DNA of 64,000 bases from Verrucomicrobiia bacterium (GTDB lineage Bacteria; Verrucomicrobiota; Verrucomicrobiia; Limisphaerales; UBA1319): assembly GCA_963664225.1 (NCBI GenBank), contig OY760937.1:2784001-2848000 (forward strand), written 5' to 3'. The notes beneath the pieces are model-generated. The model saw nothing but the letters and a program-made list of their open reading frames with translations, ran no database searches and had not been told where the DNA came from. Below are positions 1 through 9,190 of the stretch, piece by piece (the stretch's first letter is position 1; each line of letters opens with the position of its first letter). Both the position numbers and the translations under genes were made by a program.

Positions 1-2
1 TC

Positions 3-1727
3 TTGCCTGCCTCCGCTCTGATCCCGACCATCGGCCCGGCGGAGGCCATCGACTACGCGCGCGACCATCTCTTCGAGCGTCGCAGCGTCGTTCCGAGGTG
101 TCACCTCCTGACGGAAGCGATGGCCTATACCCGGGGTTTCGTGACGCTGCTCGAGCTGGAGACTGATCTGGCCCGGCGTCAGGAGTTCATCGCCGTGGAT
201 GAGATGCTGACCACTGAAGGAACATTGCGTCAGGAACAGCGCCTGCTAAAGCTCGTCAACCAGGGCGTGGGCAGGGTCCGACCGTTGAACGCGGCTTTCG
301 TCGGCGACGCGAAGCTCACCCGCGAGCAACGCCTGGCGCTGCGCCACATCCTGTGCTCGCCTGACCTCGTCCTCGGATTACGTGGCGGAGCTGGCACCGG
401 AAAGTCCACCCTGCTGCGGGAAGTTCTGAAGGGCATTGAGGAGCGCCAAGCGGCCATTATTCTGGCGCCAACGACAGCGGCGGTCGAATCGCTGAGGAAG
501 GAGGGATTGCCCCGGACGGCCACGGTGCAGCGGTTCCTCGCCGATCCGGAGTTTCAGGCCAGCGCGCAGGGCCAGGTGCTGGTGGTGGATGAAGCGGGCT
601 TGCTCTCGACGAAAGACCTGCTCCCGCTGGTCGAGTTCGTCCATGCCCACCAAGGTCGTCTGATACTCTCCGGCGACACCCGGCAGCACACCGGCGTCGA
701 GGCTGGCGACGCCCTCCGGCTGCTCGAACGGCAGAGCGCCCTGCGCATGGCCGGCGTGCAAGGCATCCGGCGGCAGAGCGAACGCGAATACCGCGCCGCC
801 ATCGGTGAGCTGGCTGAGGGCAAAGGCAGCGAGGCCCTGGCTCGACTAGACCGCCTCGGAGCCTTGCACGAGGCGGATGAGGAGACGCGCTATCCGCTCC
901 TGGCTTCGGAATACGTTAATTCGCTCAAGGCCAACAAGTCGGCACTGGTGGTGAGTCCGACCTGGCGAGAGATCTCGCGGGTCACCCAGGAAGTCCGGAC
1001 CCAGCTCAAGGCTGCGGGTCTGCTCGCGCGCGAGGAAACCGAGTTGACTGTGCATCATGCGAGCAAGTGGACCCGCGCCCAGAAACGCGACCTGCGTAAC
1101 TACCAAGCGAAGATGGTGCTGACCTTCCACAAGGGCGCGAAAGAATTCGTCGCAGGTGAATGGGCGGAGGTCGTGACGGTTGAGCCGGACGCGTTGGCGG
1201 TCAGGAAACGCAACGGCCAGATGGTGACGGTGACCAAGAAGCAGGTCGGCTGCTTCGATGTGGCCGTGCGGGTCAAACTGCCGGTGGCACCGGGCGAGCG
1301 GCTGTTGATCCAGTCCAACCGCAAACCGGATGGCCTGTTCAACGGCCAGATTGTAACGGTCAGGCAGGTTAAGGCCGACGGGCGCGTCCTGTTGACCGAC
1401 GGGCGGAGCATCGCACCGGATTTCCGGGCGTTCACCCACGGTTACTGCGTCACCAGCCACGGCTCGCAAGGCCGGACGGTGGACCATGTGTATGTGGCGG
1501 TGGATTCGGCCTCGGCGCAGGCGGCCAATCTGAACCAGTTCTATGTGAGTGCCTCTCGTGGCCGGGAGCAGGTGAAGGTCTTCACCGATGATATTGAATT
1601 CCTGCGCCAAGCGGTCACCCGCTCGGCCGCGCGCTTGTCGGCCACCGATCTGTTGGAACGCGCTCGCGTGGCGCAGCGAGAGGAGATCAAAGAGCGGCCC
1701 GTCCTCAACCCAAGGTTGGCGGTTTAG
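3..1727 (+). CDS. MobF/TrwC-family conjugative relaxase-helicase, C-terminal helicase part (5' end outside window)
   Basis: Walker A GGAGTGKS, Walker B VVDEAG, SGDTRQH, HGYCVTSHGSQGRTVDHV and YVSASRGR: SF1 RecD-like helicase motifs typical of TrwC/TraI. Confidence 0.85.
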   Translation: MPASALIPTIGPAEAIDYARDHLFERRSVVPRCHLLTEAMAYTRGFVTLLELETDLARRQEFIAVDEMLTTEGTLRQEQRLLKLVNQGVGRVRPLNAAFVGDAKLTREQRLALRHILCSPDLVLGLRGGAGTGKSTLLREVLKGIEERQAAIILAPTTAAVESLRKEGLPRTATVQRFLADPEFQASAQGQVLVVDEAGLLSTKDLLPLVEFVHAHQGRLILSGDTRQHTGVEAGDALRLLERQSALRMAGVQGIRRQSEREYRAAIGELAEGKGSEALARLDRLGALHEADEETRYPLLASEYVNSLKANKSALVVSPTWREISRVTQEVRTQLKAAGLLAREETELTVHHASKWTRAQKRDLRNYQAKMVLTFHKGAKEFVAGEWAEVVTVEPDALAVRKRNGQMVTVTKKQVGCFDVAVRVKLPVAPGERLLIQSNRKPDGLFNGQIVTVRQVKADGRVLLTDGRSIAPDFRAFTHGYCVTSHGSQGRTVDHVYVAVDSASAQAANLNQFYVSASRGREQVKVFTDDIEFLRQAVTRSAARLSATDLLERARVAQREEIKERPVLNPRLAV

Positions 1728-1742
1728 CTATCCTGCATCTTT

Positions 1743-2153
1743 ATGCTCCGTGGAAAAATAGACACCCCAGGCACCCTGACCCCGGCCCCCATTACAAGGC
1801 CACCGCCACCGTCGGGCGAGGACACCGGGATCCCCAGCGTGGAACAGCCCTACGCGACAGGGGAACGCCCACCGGGCATTGTGTTCTACCGCGCGAAGAA
1901 CAGCTTCTGGCTGCCGTATCACTTGCTGCAACGGATGGAGTTTGAGGCCGACCAGTTGAAATTGGTGTTCGCTACCGAGGATATCGTCATCCGTGGTCGC
2001 AGCCTGCATCCGCTCTATATTGAACTCACGCGTCAGACGGTGTCGCGCATCGTGGAGCAAGGGGAACGCTATGCAGCCCTCTCGGAAGCCGGAACGCTGG
2101 TCTCTGGAATCGAGAGAAGTCCTCACATGGACGACCCACAGCAGCAGCAGTGA
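1743..2153 (+). CDS. hypothetical protein downstream of the relaxase
   Basis: 136-aa ORF co-oriented with, and 15 nt after, the relaxase; no recognised domain. Confidence 0.55.
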   Translation: MLRGKIDTPGTLTPAPITRPPPPSGEDTGIPSVEQPYATGERPPGIVFYRAKNSFWLPYHLLQRMEFEADQLKLVFATEDIVIRGRSLHPLYIELTRQTVSRIVEQGERYAALSEAGTLVSGIERSPHMDDPQQQQ

Positions 2154-2319
2154 CTTGAGCATCGTTTCATCCAAGCTTCCCAAGGTGGAACGGCCCAACG
2201 CTCTGGCACTGACGCTCCTGGAGAAACTCGCCCGCAGGGCGAGCCGGATTTTCTGCGGCCCGGGCAACACTCCCATGGTTTGGACGAAAGCCTCCCCCGT
2301 CGCGGGGAGGCTTCGTCAT

Positions 2320-3198
2320 TCAGGCGGCTACAGCGGGCTGTTCTCCCGCTGTTGGCAGCTTGCCGCGGATGTAATCGGCGGCGCGTTGCGCGGCCGAAGC
2401 CGCCCGCACCAGAATCCGGCTGTCTTGCTGGAACACGCGCATCCAGCCTTCGATGTAGCTGGCCTGCAAGGCGTCCGTGCTCGCGTTCTGAATCCCCGCG
2501 AAGCCGCACAAGAAAGCCGCGCCGAATTCGGCCACCAGTTCCTCGAAAGAATATTTTTCAACAGGATCGCCTTCCGCCGTGGCGAAGCGGTTCAGGCGCC
2601 GCAGGTGTCCGCTGCCATGAATGAGCTCATGAAAAAGCGTTGCGTAGTATTCATCCGCGCTCTCGAACTGGCTCAAATGCGGCAGCGTGATACGGTCCAG
2701 CATCGGGTTATAGGCCGGGCTGCTGGTCACAGTGTGAACGATTTGCGGCTTGTCCGGCATCACTTCGAGCATCTGCTCGGCAATTTCCAGCCGACGGTTC
2801 GCCGGGTTCAGAACATCGTCCTCCGGGCGCGCAATCCCGTCGACTTGGTCGAGGTTGAACACGGCGCTGACGAATGGCATACATGGTGGCAGGTTTTCCT
2901 TGCCGGTTTCCTGTCGGCGTTTCTCCAATTCCGCCGCGGTGCGCCATTTCCAGTATATCACCAGGGTGGAGTGCTCGCCTTTGCGAACATGTCCGCCGAG
3001 GCGCTCCGCCTGGCGGTAGGTTACCCAGTAGCGGGAAGCGTACTCTCTGCCGCCCAGCACCAGGAGGTTCAAGCCCCGGTATTCCTTTCCGGTGTTCAAG
3101 CTCTTGGGCAGGCCGGTGCGCCAGGTCTTGCGCCAAGGGACCTGACCGGCAGCGAGTTGGTTCAAAATACGGCTGGTTACATTCTCGTAAATATTCAT
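2320..3198 (-). CDS. ardC: ArdC-family ssDNA-binding antirestriction protein (N-terminal ssDNA-binding domain plus zincin-like domain)
   Basis: PWRKTW, YRGLN, WVTYRQA, VRKGE, VFNLDQ; HELIHGSGH zincin motif; YSFEELVAE; SD AAGGAG before ATG 3198. Confidence 0.88.
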   Translation of the reverse strand: MNIYENVTSRILNQLAAGQVPWRKTWRTGLPKSLNTGKEYRGLNLLVLGGREYASRYWVTYRQAERLGGHVRKGEHSTLVIYWKWRTAAELEKRRQETGKENLPPCMPFVSAVFNLDQVDGIARPEDDVLNPANRRLEIAEQMLEVMPDKPQIVHTVTSSPAYNPMLDRITLPHLSQFESADEYYATLFHELIHGSGHLRRLNRFATAEGDPVEKYSFEELVAEFGAAFLCGFAGIQNASTDALQASYIEGWMRVFQQDSRILVRAASAAQRAADYIRGKLPTAGEQPAVAA

Positions 3199-3281
3199 GA
3201 TTGTATTCTCCTTGTGTTTCCGTTTGAAAAGCGCCGCCGGTTTCATCCCGGCGGCAGGTGTGCAATGTTTTTTGGGCTGCC

Positions 3282-3719
3282 TCACAGCTCGCCGTGCTCA
3301 TAAAGCGAGTAGAAGGTTTCGTTCCCAACGATCAGGTGGTCCAGGATCGGAATGCCGAGCAACTCACCTGCTGCTTTCAGGCGCTGGGTCACAGCGCGAT
3401 CTTCGGTGCTGGGGGTGGTGTCTCCGGTCGGGTGGTTGTGGCCGACCACGAGCGCGTTGGCTCCGGCCACCACAGCGGCCTGGAAAATTTCCCGCGCGCC
3501 GACCAGACAGCTCGACGCGGTGCCTGTGGCAGCAACGTAATAGCCGACCACCTGCGTGCGAGAATCCAGCAGCAGCGCTACAAAATGCTCCCTGACATTA
3601 TCGGGCAGCACTTGCCGGATGAGCCGCGCGGCATGGTTGGGGGAATGCGCAGCGTCGAAGATCTCCCCTTTCTTTCCCCGGTATTTCAGCGTCAGTTCGC
3701 GAACATAGGTTACCGTCAT
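3282..3719 (-). CDS. radC: RadC-like JAB/MPN domain protein (short form)
   Basis: REHFVALLLD, HNHPTGDTTPSTED, ILDHLIVG; SD GGAGG before ATG 3719. Confidence 0.88.
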   Translation of the reverse strand: MTVTYVRELTLKYRGKKGEIFDAAHSPNHAARLIRQVLPDNVREHFVALLLDSRTQVVGYYVAATGTASSCLVGAREIFQAAVVAGANALVVGHNHPTGDTTPSTEDRAVTQRLKAAGELLGIPILDHLIVGNETFYSLYEHGEL

Positions 3720-3764
3720 ATCAAGCCTCCAAAAGTTTGCCCCACCGCCTCCCCAGAAGAACAT

Positions 3765-3834
3765 TCCCCTGGAGTGGGGGGCGGGGGTGTTTTCGCGACC
3801 CGGTTCAAACACCCCCGCCCCCCACTTCAGGGGA
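3765..3834. repeat. 28-bp near-perfect inverted repeat (14-nt loop) upstream of radC-ardC
   Basis: 3765-3792 TCCCCTGGAGTGGGGGGCGGGGGTGTTT vs 3807-3834 AAACACCCCCGCCCCCCACTTCAGGGGA; single G-T wobble. Confidence 0.85.
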
Positions 3835-4094
3835 TTTAAAAACAACCAGGCCAGCCCGCAGGGATGACCACTTAGGAATGAGGCGGAGTCGGGGCGGATG
3901 AAGCGGAGGCGAATGGAAATGCAAGGCGTGACAGTTTCCTGCTGGCGCGCCTTGCCCATTCGCCGAAGCGCCGCCTCGCGGAGCCCAATGAAAAAGATCG
4001 CCCGTCAGGGCGAGACCTTGAATGGGAGGTGAGTAAGCCAGCTCGGGAGGACTGATGGCTGGCGGTTCCAATCGCTCACTGCAGGACGGAATTA

Positions 4095-4108
4095 TTCGGA
4101 CGTCCGAA
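4095..4108. promoter_or_regulatory. parS-like 14-bp perfect palindrome
   Basis: TTCGGACGTCCGAA, 45 nt downstream of the parB stop; degenerate half-copies inside parB (~4430, ~4657). Confidence 0.55.
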
Positions 4109-4153
4109 GTTGGGCGGCTTTCTTCTGTTCAAACTCGAGATAACCCTGCCCTT

Positions 4154-4969
4154 TCAACTCCGCGTCCTTTCGCTGGCAAGCGCCTGTTCGAGGGCAGCCA
4201 CAACGCGTGTAATCGTCGCCTCGCCTTGCTTGAATCGAATCGTCACGGTTGCAGTGTCCAGCGCGATGGTGACGGGGGCATTACGCCTTTTGACAGGCTT
4301 ACCCTGCTGCTTGGCAGCACGGACTTGGCGTGTGGTCATGTTGCCCGCTTGGGCCTGCTGCCAGAGGGTGCGTTGCTGCTCTGGATCGGATACCTTGGCA
4401 ATTTCGAGCAGCACCGATTTGTTGATATGTTCGGAAGTCTGCACCTCAGCCAGGAGGTCCGGGCTGAGTTGGAGAATACGCAGCGTTTCGTTCATCGAAC
4501 TCGGCGCCATGCCCAAACGCTTCGCCAGCGCACTCTGGTCCAGGTTAAATTCGTCCTGCAATCGTTTAAACGCCCTGGCCTCCTCCAAGGGGTGTAGATC
4601 CTTGCGATGCAGGTTCTCGATAAGTTGCAGTGCCAGCCGCGATTGTTCCTCCACCGTTCGGACGATGCAGGAAACCGATTCCGAATTCAGGGTGCGACAG
4701 GCAGCGAAACGCCGTTCCCCGGCCAGGATACGGTATCGCCCACCGTCCACCGCTTCGACAATTATCGGTTGAAGCAGGCCATGTTCACGGATGGACAGGG
4801 CGAGCTCGGTGAGGTCGCCCAGGTCCTTTCGTGGTTGATGGGGATCCGGATCGATTAATGACAACGGGATGGAGACCAGTTGCGGTTCATCCCGGCCGGT
4901 TGGGTCGAAGTTCAGGACGGCGTTGCCCGAGGCCTGTCGGGCGAGCCGGTCTTTCAGGGCGATGGCCAT
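4154..4969 (-). CDS. parB: ParB/RepB/Spo0J partition protein
   Basis: PDPHQPRK, GLLQPIIV, AGERRFAA, LIENLHRKDLHPLEEA, HTH. Confidence 0.93.
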   Translation of the reverse strand: MAIALKDRLARQASGNAVLNFDPTGRDEPQLVSIPLSLIDPDPHQPRKDLGDLTELALSIREHGLLQPIIVEAVDGGRYRILAGERRFAACRTLNSESVSCIVRTVEEQSRLALQLIENLHRKDLHPLEEARAFKRLQDEFNLDQSALAKRLGMAPSSMNETLRILQLSPDLLAEVQTSEHINKSVLLEIAKVSDPEQQRTLWQQAQAGNMTTRQVRAAKQQGKPVKRRNAPVTIALDTATVTIRFKQGEATITRVVAALEQALASERTRS

Positions 4970-5724
4970 AAGTTTTGTATTTCCTCTGTGAGTTGTTGAT
5001 AATCATTGGCTGCACGGCTGTGTTTCGCGTAGGCGACCACGTCGCGTGGTGTGTCCTCGGTCTGCGCACGATTGAGCACCTCGCATCGGGCGATGCGCGT
5101 GGCCAGGAGTTGATCCCGCAAGGGCTCGAGAGCGCGCTCCACCAAGTCGTTGGTCACCGTTGCCTGCGCCATCACCATGGTGAGCAGGATGCGGTAATCC
5201 CAGATGCCGTTGAACTGCTTCACGCTGCGAAGGATTTCGAGCAGGTCACCCAAACCGCGCAGGGCGTAACCCGAAGGCTGCGTCGGAACAAGAAAGTGCC
5301 TGGCCGCCACCATCGCGTTGACAGGCAGAACGCCTAACGTGGGCTGGCAATCAATAAGCACGTAGGCGAATCCTTGAAGGCCCTCGAGGGCGTGGAGCAG
5401 CCGCTGCTCGCGAAAGTGCCGGGTGTGCAACAGCGAATCTGCTTTGGAAAGGCTGAGGGCGGCGGGCACCAGCTTGAGCGCTGGCAGGTAAGTCTCAGCG
5501 ATGGCAGCCTCAATCTTCGCCGACTCCGACAACAACACATCGCCGATCGTCCGTCCGGAGAACTGCTCCGGGTCGAGGCCAAGGCCAATGGTCGCGTGCG
5601 CCTGCGGGTCAAGATCGATCAGCAGGGTTGGGCGTCCGGAGCGGGCCAGGCCGGCGGCCAGGTTGACTGCGGTGGTGGTCTTTCCGACGCCCCCCTTCTG
5701 GTTGATGATGGCGATGGTTCTCAT
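4954..5724 (-). CDS. parA: ParA-family partition ATPase
   Basis: NQKGGVGKTTT deviant Walker A, DLDPQAHAT, LIDCQP; overlaps parB start. Confidence 0.95.
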   Translation of the reverse strand: MRTIAIINQKGGVGKTTTAVNLAAGLARSGRPTLLIDLDPQAHATIGLGLDPEQFSGRTIGDVLLSESAKIEAAIAETYLPALKLVPAALSLSKADSLLHTRHFREQRLLHALEGLQGFAYVLIDCQPTLGVLPVNAMVAARHFLVPTQPSGYALRGLGDLLEILRSVKQFNGIWDYRILLTMVMAQATVTNDLVERALEPLRDQLLATRIARCEVLNRAQTEDTPRDVVAYAKHSRAANDYQQLTEEIQNLWPSP

Positions 5725-7631
5725 GCGTGGGCCTCCTGTGTTCCGGAATCAGCCACATTGCCGCTGCCGAAGCGGTGCAGATTCCTCTGTGTATCCCATT
5801 CCCAAAATCCCAGGACAGGATGCTGCGCGTGTTTGTCGAAGAAATCCACGAACGCCAACAACCGGTTCTTCTCACTGTCGAAACGCGCCAGCCACTCGGC
5901 GGAGGTCAGAAACGGACTGCTGCTTAACGAGTGACGGGATTGGCGCCGGTCTTCGGCGAAAGCTTCGTAAAGCTCCGGGTTGGTCCGCTGTAGTTCTGCC
6001 TCGGCCTGCCGCAGGTATTGCATGTATTCGGGTGTAAACGTCGCCTGGTGAGCCGCCCGGGCCTTCCCGAGGGCCTCCGTTTGGCGCGCCGAGATTTCGC
6101 CCTGGAGCACTCGCAGAAACCGGTCACCGTAAAGCACAAGCGCCATTGACAGGTTCGGCTTGGCCCGCAGGTCGCCTTGGTGTTTATCCCGCATCAGCCG
6201 ACCAAAGCGGCGGCCCCATTCTGGGACCATCGCTTCGTTGCGCTGCAGCGTTAGCAGGCGCGCGACGAACTTCGCCGCCATTTCGATGTCCTTGGGGAAG
6301 GGTTCCGTGGCGGCCTCGCCGACATACGCGTGATAACCGGCGTAGTAGTGACTGGCGAAGGTGCGGCCCAGGCGCAGCCCCAAGTCCTCGACTGCGCCTT
6401 CTGGTTTGGGCCAGTCCTGCTCAATGGAGCGGCGGAGGAGCCCCAAGCGGTTGTGCGCCGCACCACGCAACGGGAGCCAGTCAATCTGTCGATGGATGAC
6501 ATCCCGATCATGCCGACTGGTGAGCAGCCGTGCCGTCGCCGGATCGAAACCAGCCTGTATGAGCAAATCATAACTGGCAGCAGCAGCAGGAACCTCAAAG
6601 TTGGCACCCTTGGCAACCGGTGTTTTTCCTGCTGTTGTTTTATGTTCTGTTTTAAGTTCTTCTTTTATGTTTATACCGTTCACCTTTTTGTACTCTCCTC
6701 CGTTCACTATTTTGAACTGGTTCCGTTCACCTTTTTGTATTGAAGTTCCGTTCACCTTTTTGAACTGGCATCCCTCGCCTGCGCCCTCATCCCGCGTTTG
6801 CGCGTGTGAGACCGCCTCCGGTTGAACCAGCATCCGGCCATTGCCATTTGCCCAACGGATTCCATAGGTCGCCGCCCGGCTCCCCTGTCCGGCCACGGGG
6901 TCAAAGCAGCCCGCGTCCACCGGGTCGAGGTAGCCCCGATGACACGCCTCGACCACCGCCGCATGCACATGCTGGCGCGACAGCCGGGTCAGCCGGCTCA
7001 ACTCGGTGATCGAACAGCTCACTGGCACTCGACGCTCTCCGCCCGGTCCCCATTGGATGGAGCGGAACAACAGGGTGCCCACCACCCGGATGACCGAGCG
7101 CCGCTCGCGCGGCAGCAGGTAGTCGAAAAATGCATTCGGGATGTTTTTTCGTGACGCCTTCGGGCGTCGGATTACCCGGGTTCCATCCTGTTCCTCCAGC
7201 AGCATCGCATCCGGGTAATAGAAGCCCCGAAACTGCTCCAGTGTGTGCGCGTGCTGGTCCGACGGGTCCCAGCACAGCGCGTACGTCGCACCTTCAACGT
7301 AACGATGTTCGAACTGCGGCGAGGAGGCCGGAAGTCGGCAGAGAAACCGGTTGGCCACGGCTTCCTGAATCGCTCCAGCCACTGCCCCGCGCGAGACACC
7401 GGCCTGCTCGACGAGTTCCTGGTAGGTGAACCGTAACTGTTCGCGGGTGGGATTACCCTGGTCGTCCACCCAGCCCAGAAGCTTGCGCAACACGTAACCT
7501 GCTATGCAAATCGCGCCGCGCGAGGAGTTGGGAATGACCACCGTGAAGAATTGGATGGGCGTGAACGTGACGTTGGCCCGGAAGTCTGGGAAGCCAGGAA
7601 ACTCGGGATTGGCCGTCACCTCGTGGGTCAT
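5721..7631 (-). CDS. putative replication initiator with two tandem winged-HTH-like domains
   Basis: 636 aa; internally duplicated module (TPIQFF...FTYQELVEQAGVSRGAV / IPNAFF...SITELSRLTRLSRQHV); coupled to parAB; iteron-like repeats inside gene. Confidence 0.6.
   Translation of the reverse strand: MTHEVTANPEFPGFPDFRANVTFTPIQFFTVVIPNSSRGAICIAGYVLRKLLGWVDDQGNPTREQLRFTYQELVEQAGVSRGAVAGAIQEAVANRFLCRLPASSPQFEHRYVEGATYALCWDPSDQHAHTLEQFRGFYYPDAMLLEEQDGTRVIRRPKASRKNIPNAFFDYLLPRERRSVIRVVGTLLFRSIQWGPGGERRVPVSCSITELSRLTRLSRQHVHAAVVEACHRGYLDPVDAGCFDPVAGQGSRAATYGIRWANGNGRMLVQPEAVSHAQTRDEGAGEGCQFKKVNGTSIQKGERNQFKIVNGGEYKKVNGINIKEELKTEHKTTAGKTPVAKGANFEVPAAAASYDLLIQAGFDPATARLLTSRHDRDVIHRQIDWLPLRGAAHNRLGLLRRSIEQDWPKPEGAVEDLGLRLGRTFASHYYAGYHAYVGEAATEPFPKDIEMAAKFVARLLTLQRNEAMVPEWGRRFGRLMRDKHQGDLRAKPNLSMALVLYGDRFLRVLQGEISARQTEALGKARAAHQATFTPEYMQYLRQAEAELQRTNPELYEAFAEDRRQSRHSLSSSPFLTSAEWLARFDSEKNRLLAFVDFFDKHAQHPVLGFWEWDTQRNLHRFGSGNVADSGTQEAHA
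6676..6762. repeat. four iteron-like direct repeats next to an AT-rich tract (candidate oriV inside rep)
   Basis: CCGTTCACCTTTTTG at 6676, 6723, 6748 and CCGTTCACTATTTTG at 6700 (spacing 24/23/25 bp); T-rich stretch ~6621-6675 adjacent. Confidence 0.75.
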
Positions 7632-7634
7632 AGC

Positions 7635-7859
7635 TCAACGCTCCTCGGAAACAGCCGCTACCGTTGCCGGTGACTGCGGCGGCTGCGTGGATGGCGGCAG
7701 GGGACGCCCGTTCCGCTCGGCGTGTTCACGCACAATTTGATTGATGCAGAAACTCCTGTCGCGGTCTTCCTTTTCTGCCAACTCGTGAAGGTAGTCCAGC
7801 ACCGCCACTTCGAGGGTAACGCCGGCTGAGCGAGTGAAACGTCGTCTGCGCGAACTCAT
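7635..7859 (-). CDS. ribbon-helix-helix (CopG-like) regulator
   Basis: AGVTLEVAVLDYLHELAEKEDRDRSFCINQIVREH RHH pattern; SD AAGGAGG; first gene of the rep-parAB operon. Confidence 0.7.
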   Translation of the reverse strand: MSSRRRRFTRSAGVTLEVAVLDYLHELAEKEDRDRSFCINQIVREHAERNGRPLPPSTQPPQSPATVAAVSEER

Positions 7860-8229
7860 TGGTCTCCTCCTTGCGAAGTCTCCATGGTTCTCGTAGCACA
7901 CCACGACCGGGCATGACAAGGGGCCTTCCATTGTGCGAGTGTCGGTAATTTCATGTCATTGGTTATTCCGTTGGAATACCGCTTGCCGTTGCAAAAATCT
8001 TTATAATAGCGGTCAGATGCTCGTTTGCCTGGGGTGGTCGCGCATCCGCCCGCTTCTGGCGAAGGCACATCCACTCGCTTCTGGTCCAAACCGTGTCTCA
8101 TATTTTCCGCTACCAACGCCGGGCGGGAAGTGCTACGCATGGCACAGTGGGAGGTTTTGTTCTCCCCCAAACGTGAGGATTGCCCACGCAATCTTTGACG
8201 TCGTTGTGATCGGCGCTGATACCCGGCAA

Positions 8230-9190
8230 ACCTGGCTCACCACCAGGCTAAGGGGATGGTCTTACCAACCGTCATTTCAGTGTCCCGTAGAGCGTGGTGC
8301 CACGAGAGTGGCCCGCCACGTTCGAGGGAGGCTTTCGGAAGTAATCCCGCCTTACCAGCGGAGTAATCTCCGGATTCTATCCCATAGCGAGATGGTGCTC
8401 GTGAATGCGGGCGAGCGGGACACGCCGGTTGCTGAAATGCAGCCGGTCGGTCCTGTCCAAAATGGGTGCGTCGTGCCCGGGAGCATGGCAAATCCCTCGG
8501 CGGGAATCGGACCAAAGCCGCAAGGCCAATCGGGTGCAAGGCTCGACAGGTTCGTTTAACGCGCGCTGGCGTCGGGAGCTTCCCGGTGGCAACACCGAGG
8601 AACCGGAGGCCGACAACCTCCGGGGTTCTGCCCAAACAGCAGACCGTGAAAAGCTCAACGATGAGAGGGGCGTCAAGCCCTTGCCAGTTAACGACAGCAG
8701 AGACGGAGCCGAATCGGCGAAGTTCAACCAGGGTGGGTAAGGGGGCGCTTCTGTATTCTATCCCCTGAAATCAGTCCCGCAGTGGGACTGGAAACCATGC
8801 CGGGGCGGGAGCCTCGGACATGCCTGGTGAGCGTGGACGCTTGCGCGTCCAGCCAACGTGACTGCTGTGGTGAAGGACAGGAATAACCGCGCAAGGAGTG
8901 TGGCGGCCGGAGTGGTATCCGGTGCCGGCGTGTCAGCCGGTGCTTCAATAGCCGCACTCTGATGAGAGTGCTCCAAGTAGGACCAGGCAGAGCCTGGACC
9001 CAATCGCCTTCGGCTTTCGAGCCGAAGGCAGGGTGTCACTCCAGCAAGGCAGTTGGAGCGGCGGGTGCGCGTCAACGGGTGGTGCCGGGCGCAATAGCAC
9101 ACACGAAAGGGGTGACGGGATAAATCGGTCACAACGATGTGGTGGGCAGGTGGATTCAAACTCCACCTGCCCGCTGCCTGACCGACAAAG
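8230..9190 (+). ncRNA. candidate large, highly structured non-coding RNA (family not recognised)
   Basis: No credible ORF; dense nested hairpins with GNRA/UUCG loops on + strand and several long-range helices (see findings); boundaries approximate. Confidence 0.65.

Noticed and set aside
1993..3303. 436-aa + strand ORF
   Set aside because: Antisense shadow of ardC in GC-rich DNA
6676..6762. CRISPR array
   Set aside because: Repeats are 15 bp with 8-10-nt spacers, inside a CDS, with no cas genes; iterons fit better
9142..9180. tRNA or tmRNA suggested by the T-loop-like GGATTCAAACTCC
   Set aside because: Loop closes a simple 13-bp hairpin; no cloverleaf, acceptor stem or CCA, and no tmRNA 5' end
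8466..9190. Group II intron (GTGCG at ~8466) or group I intron
   Set aside because: No recognisable domain V/VI, no RT ORF, no interrupted host gene, no group I core motifs seen
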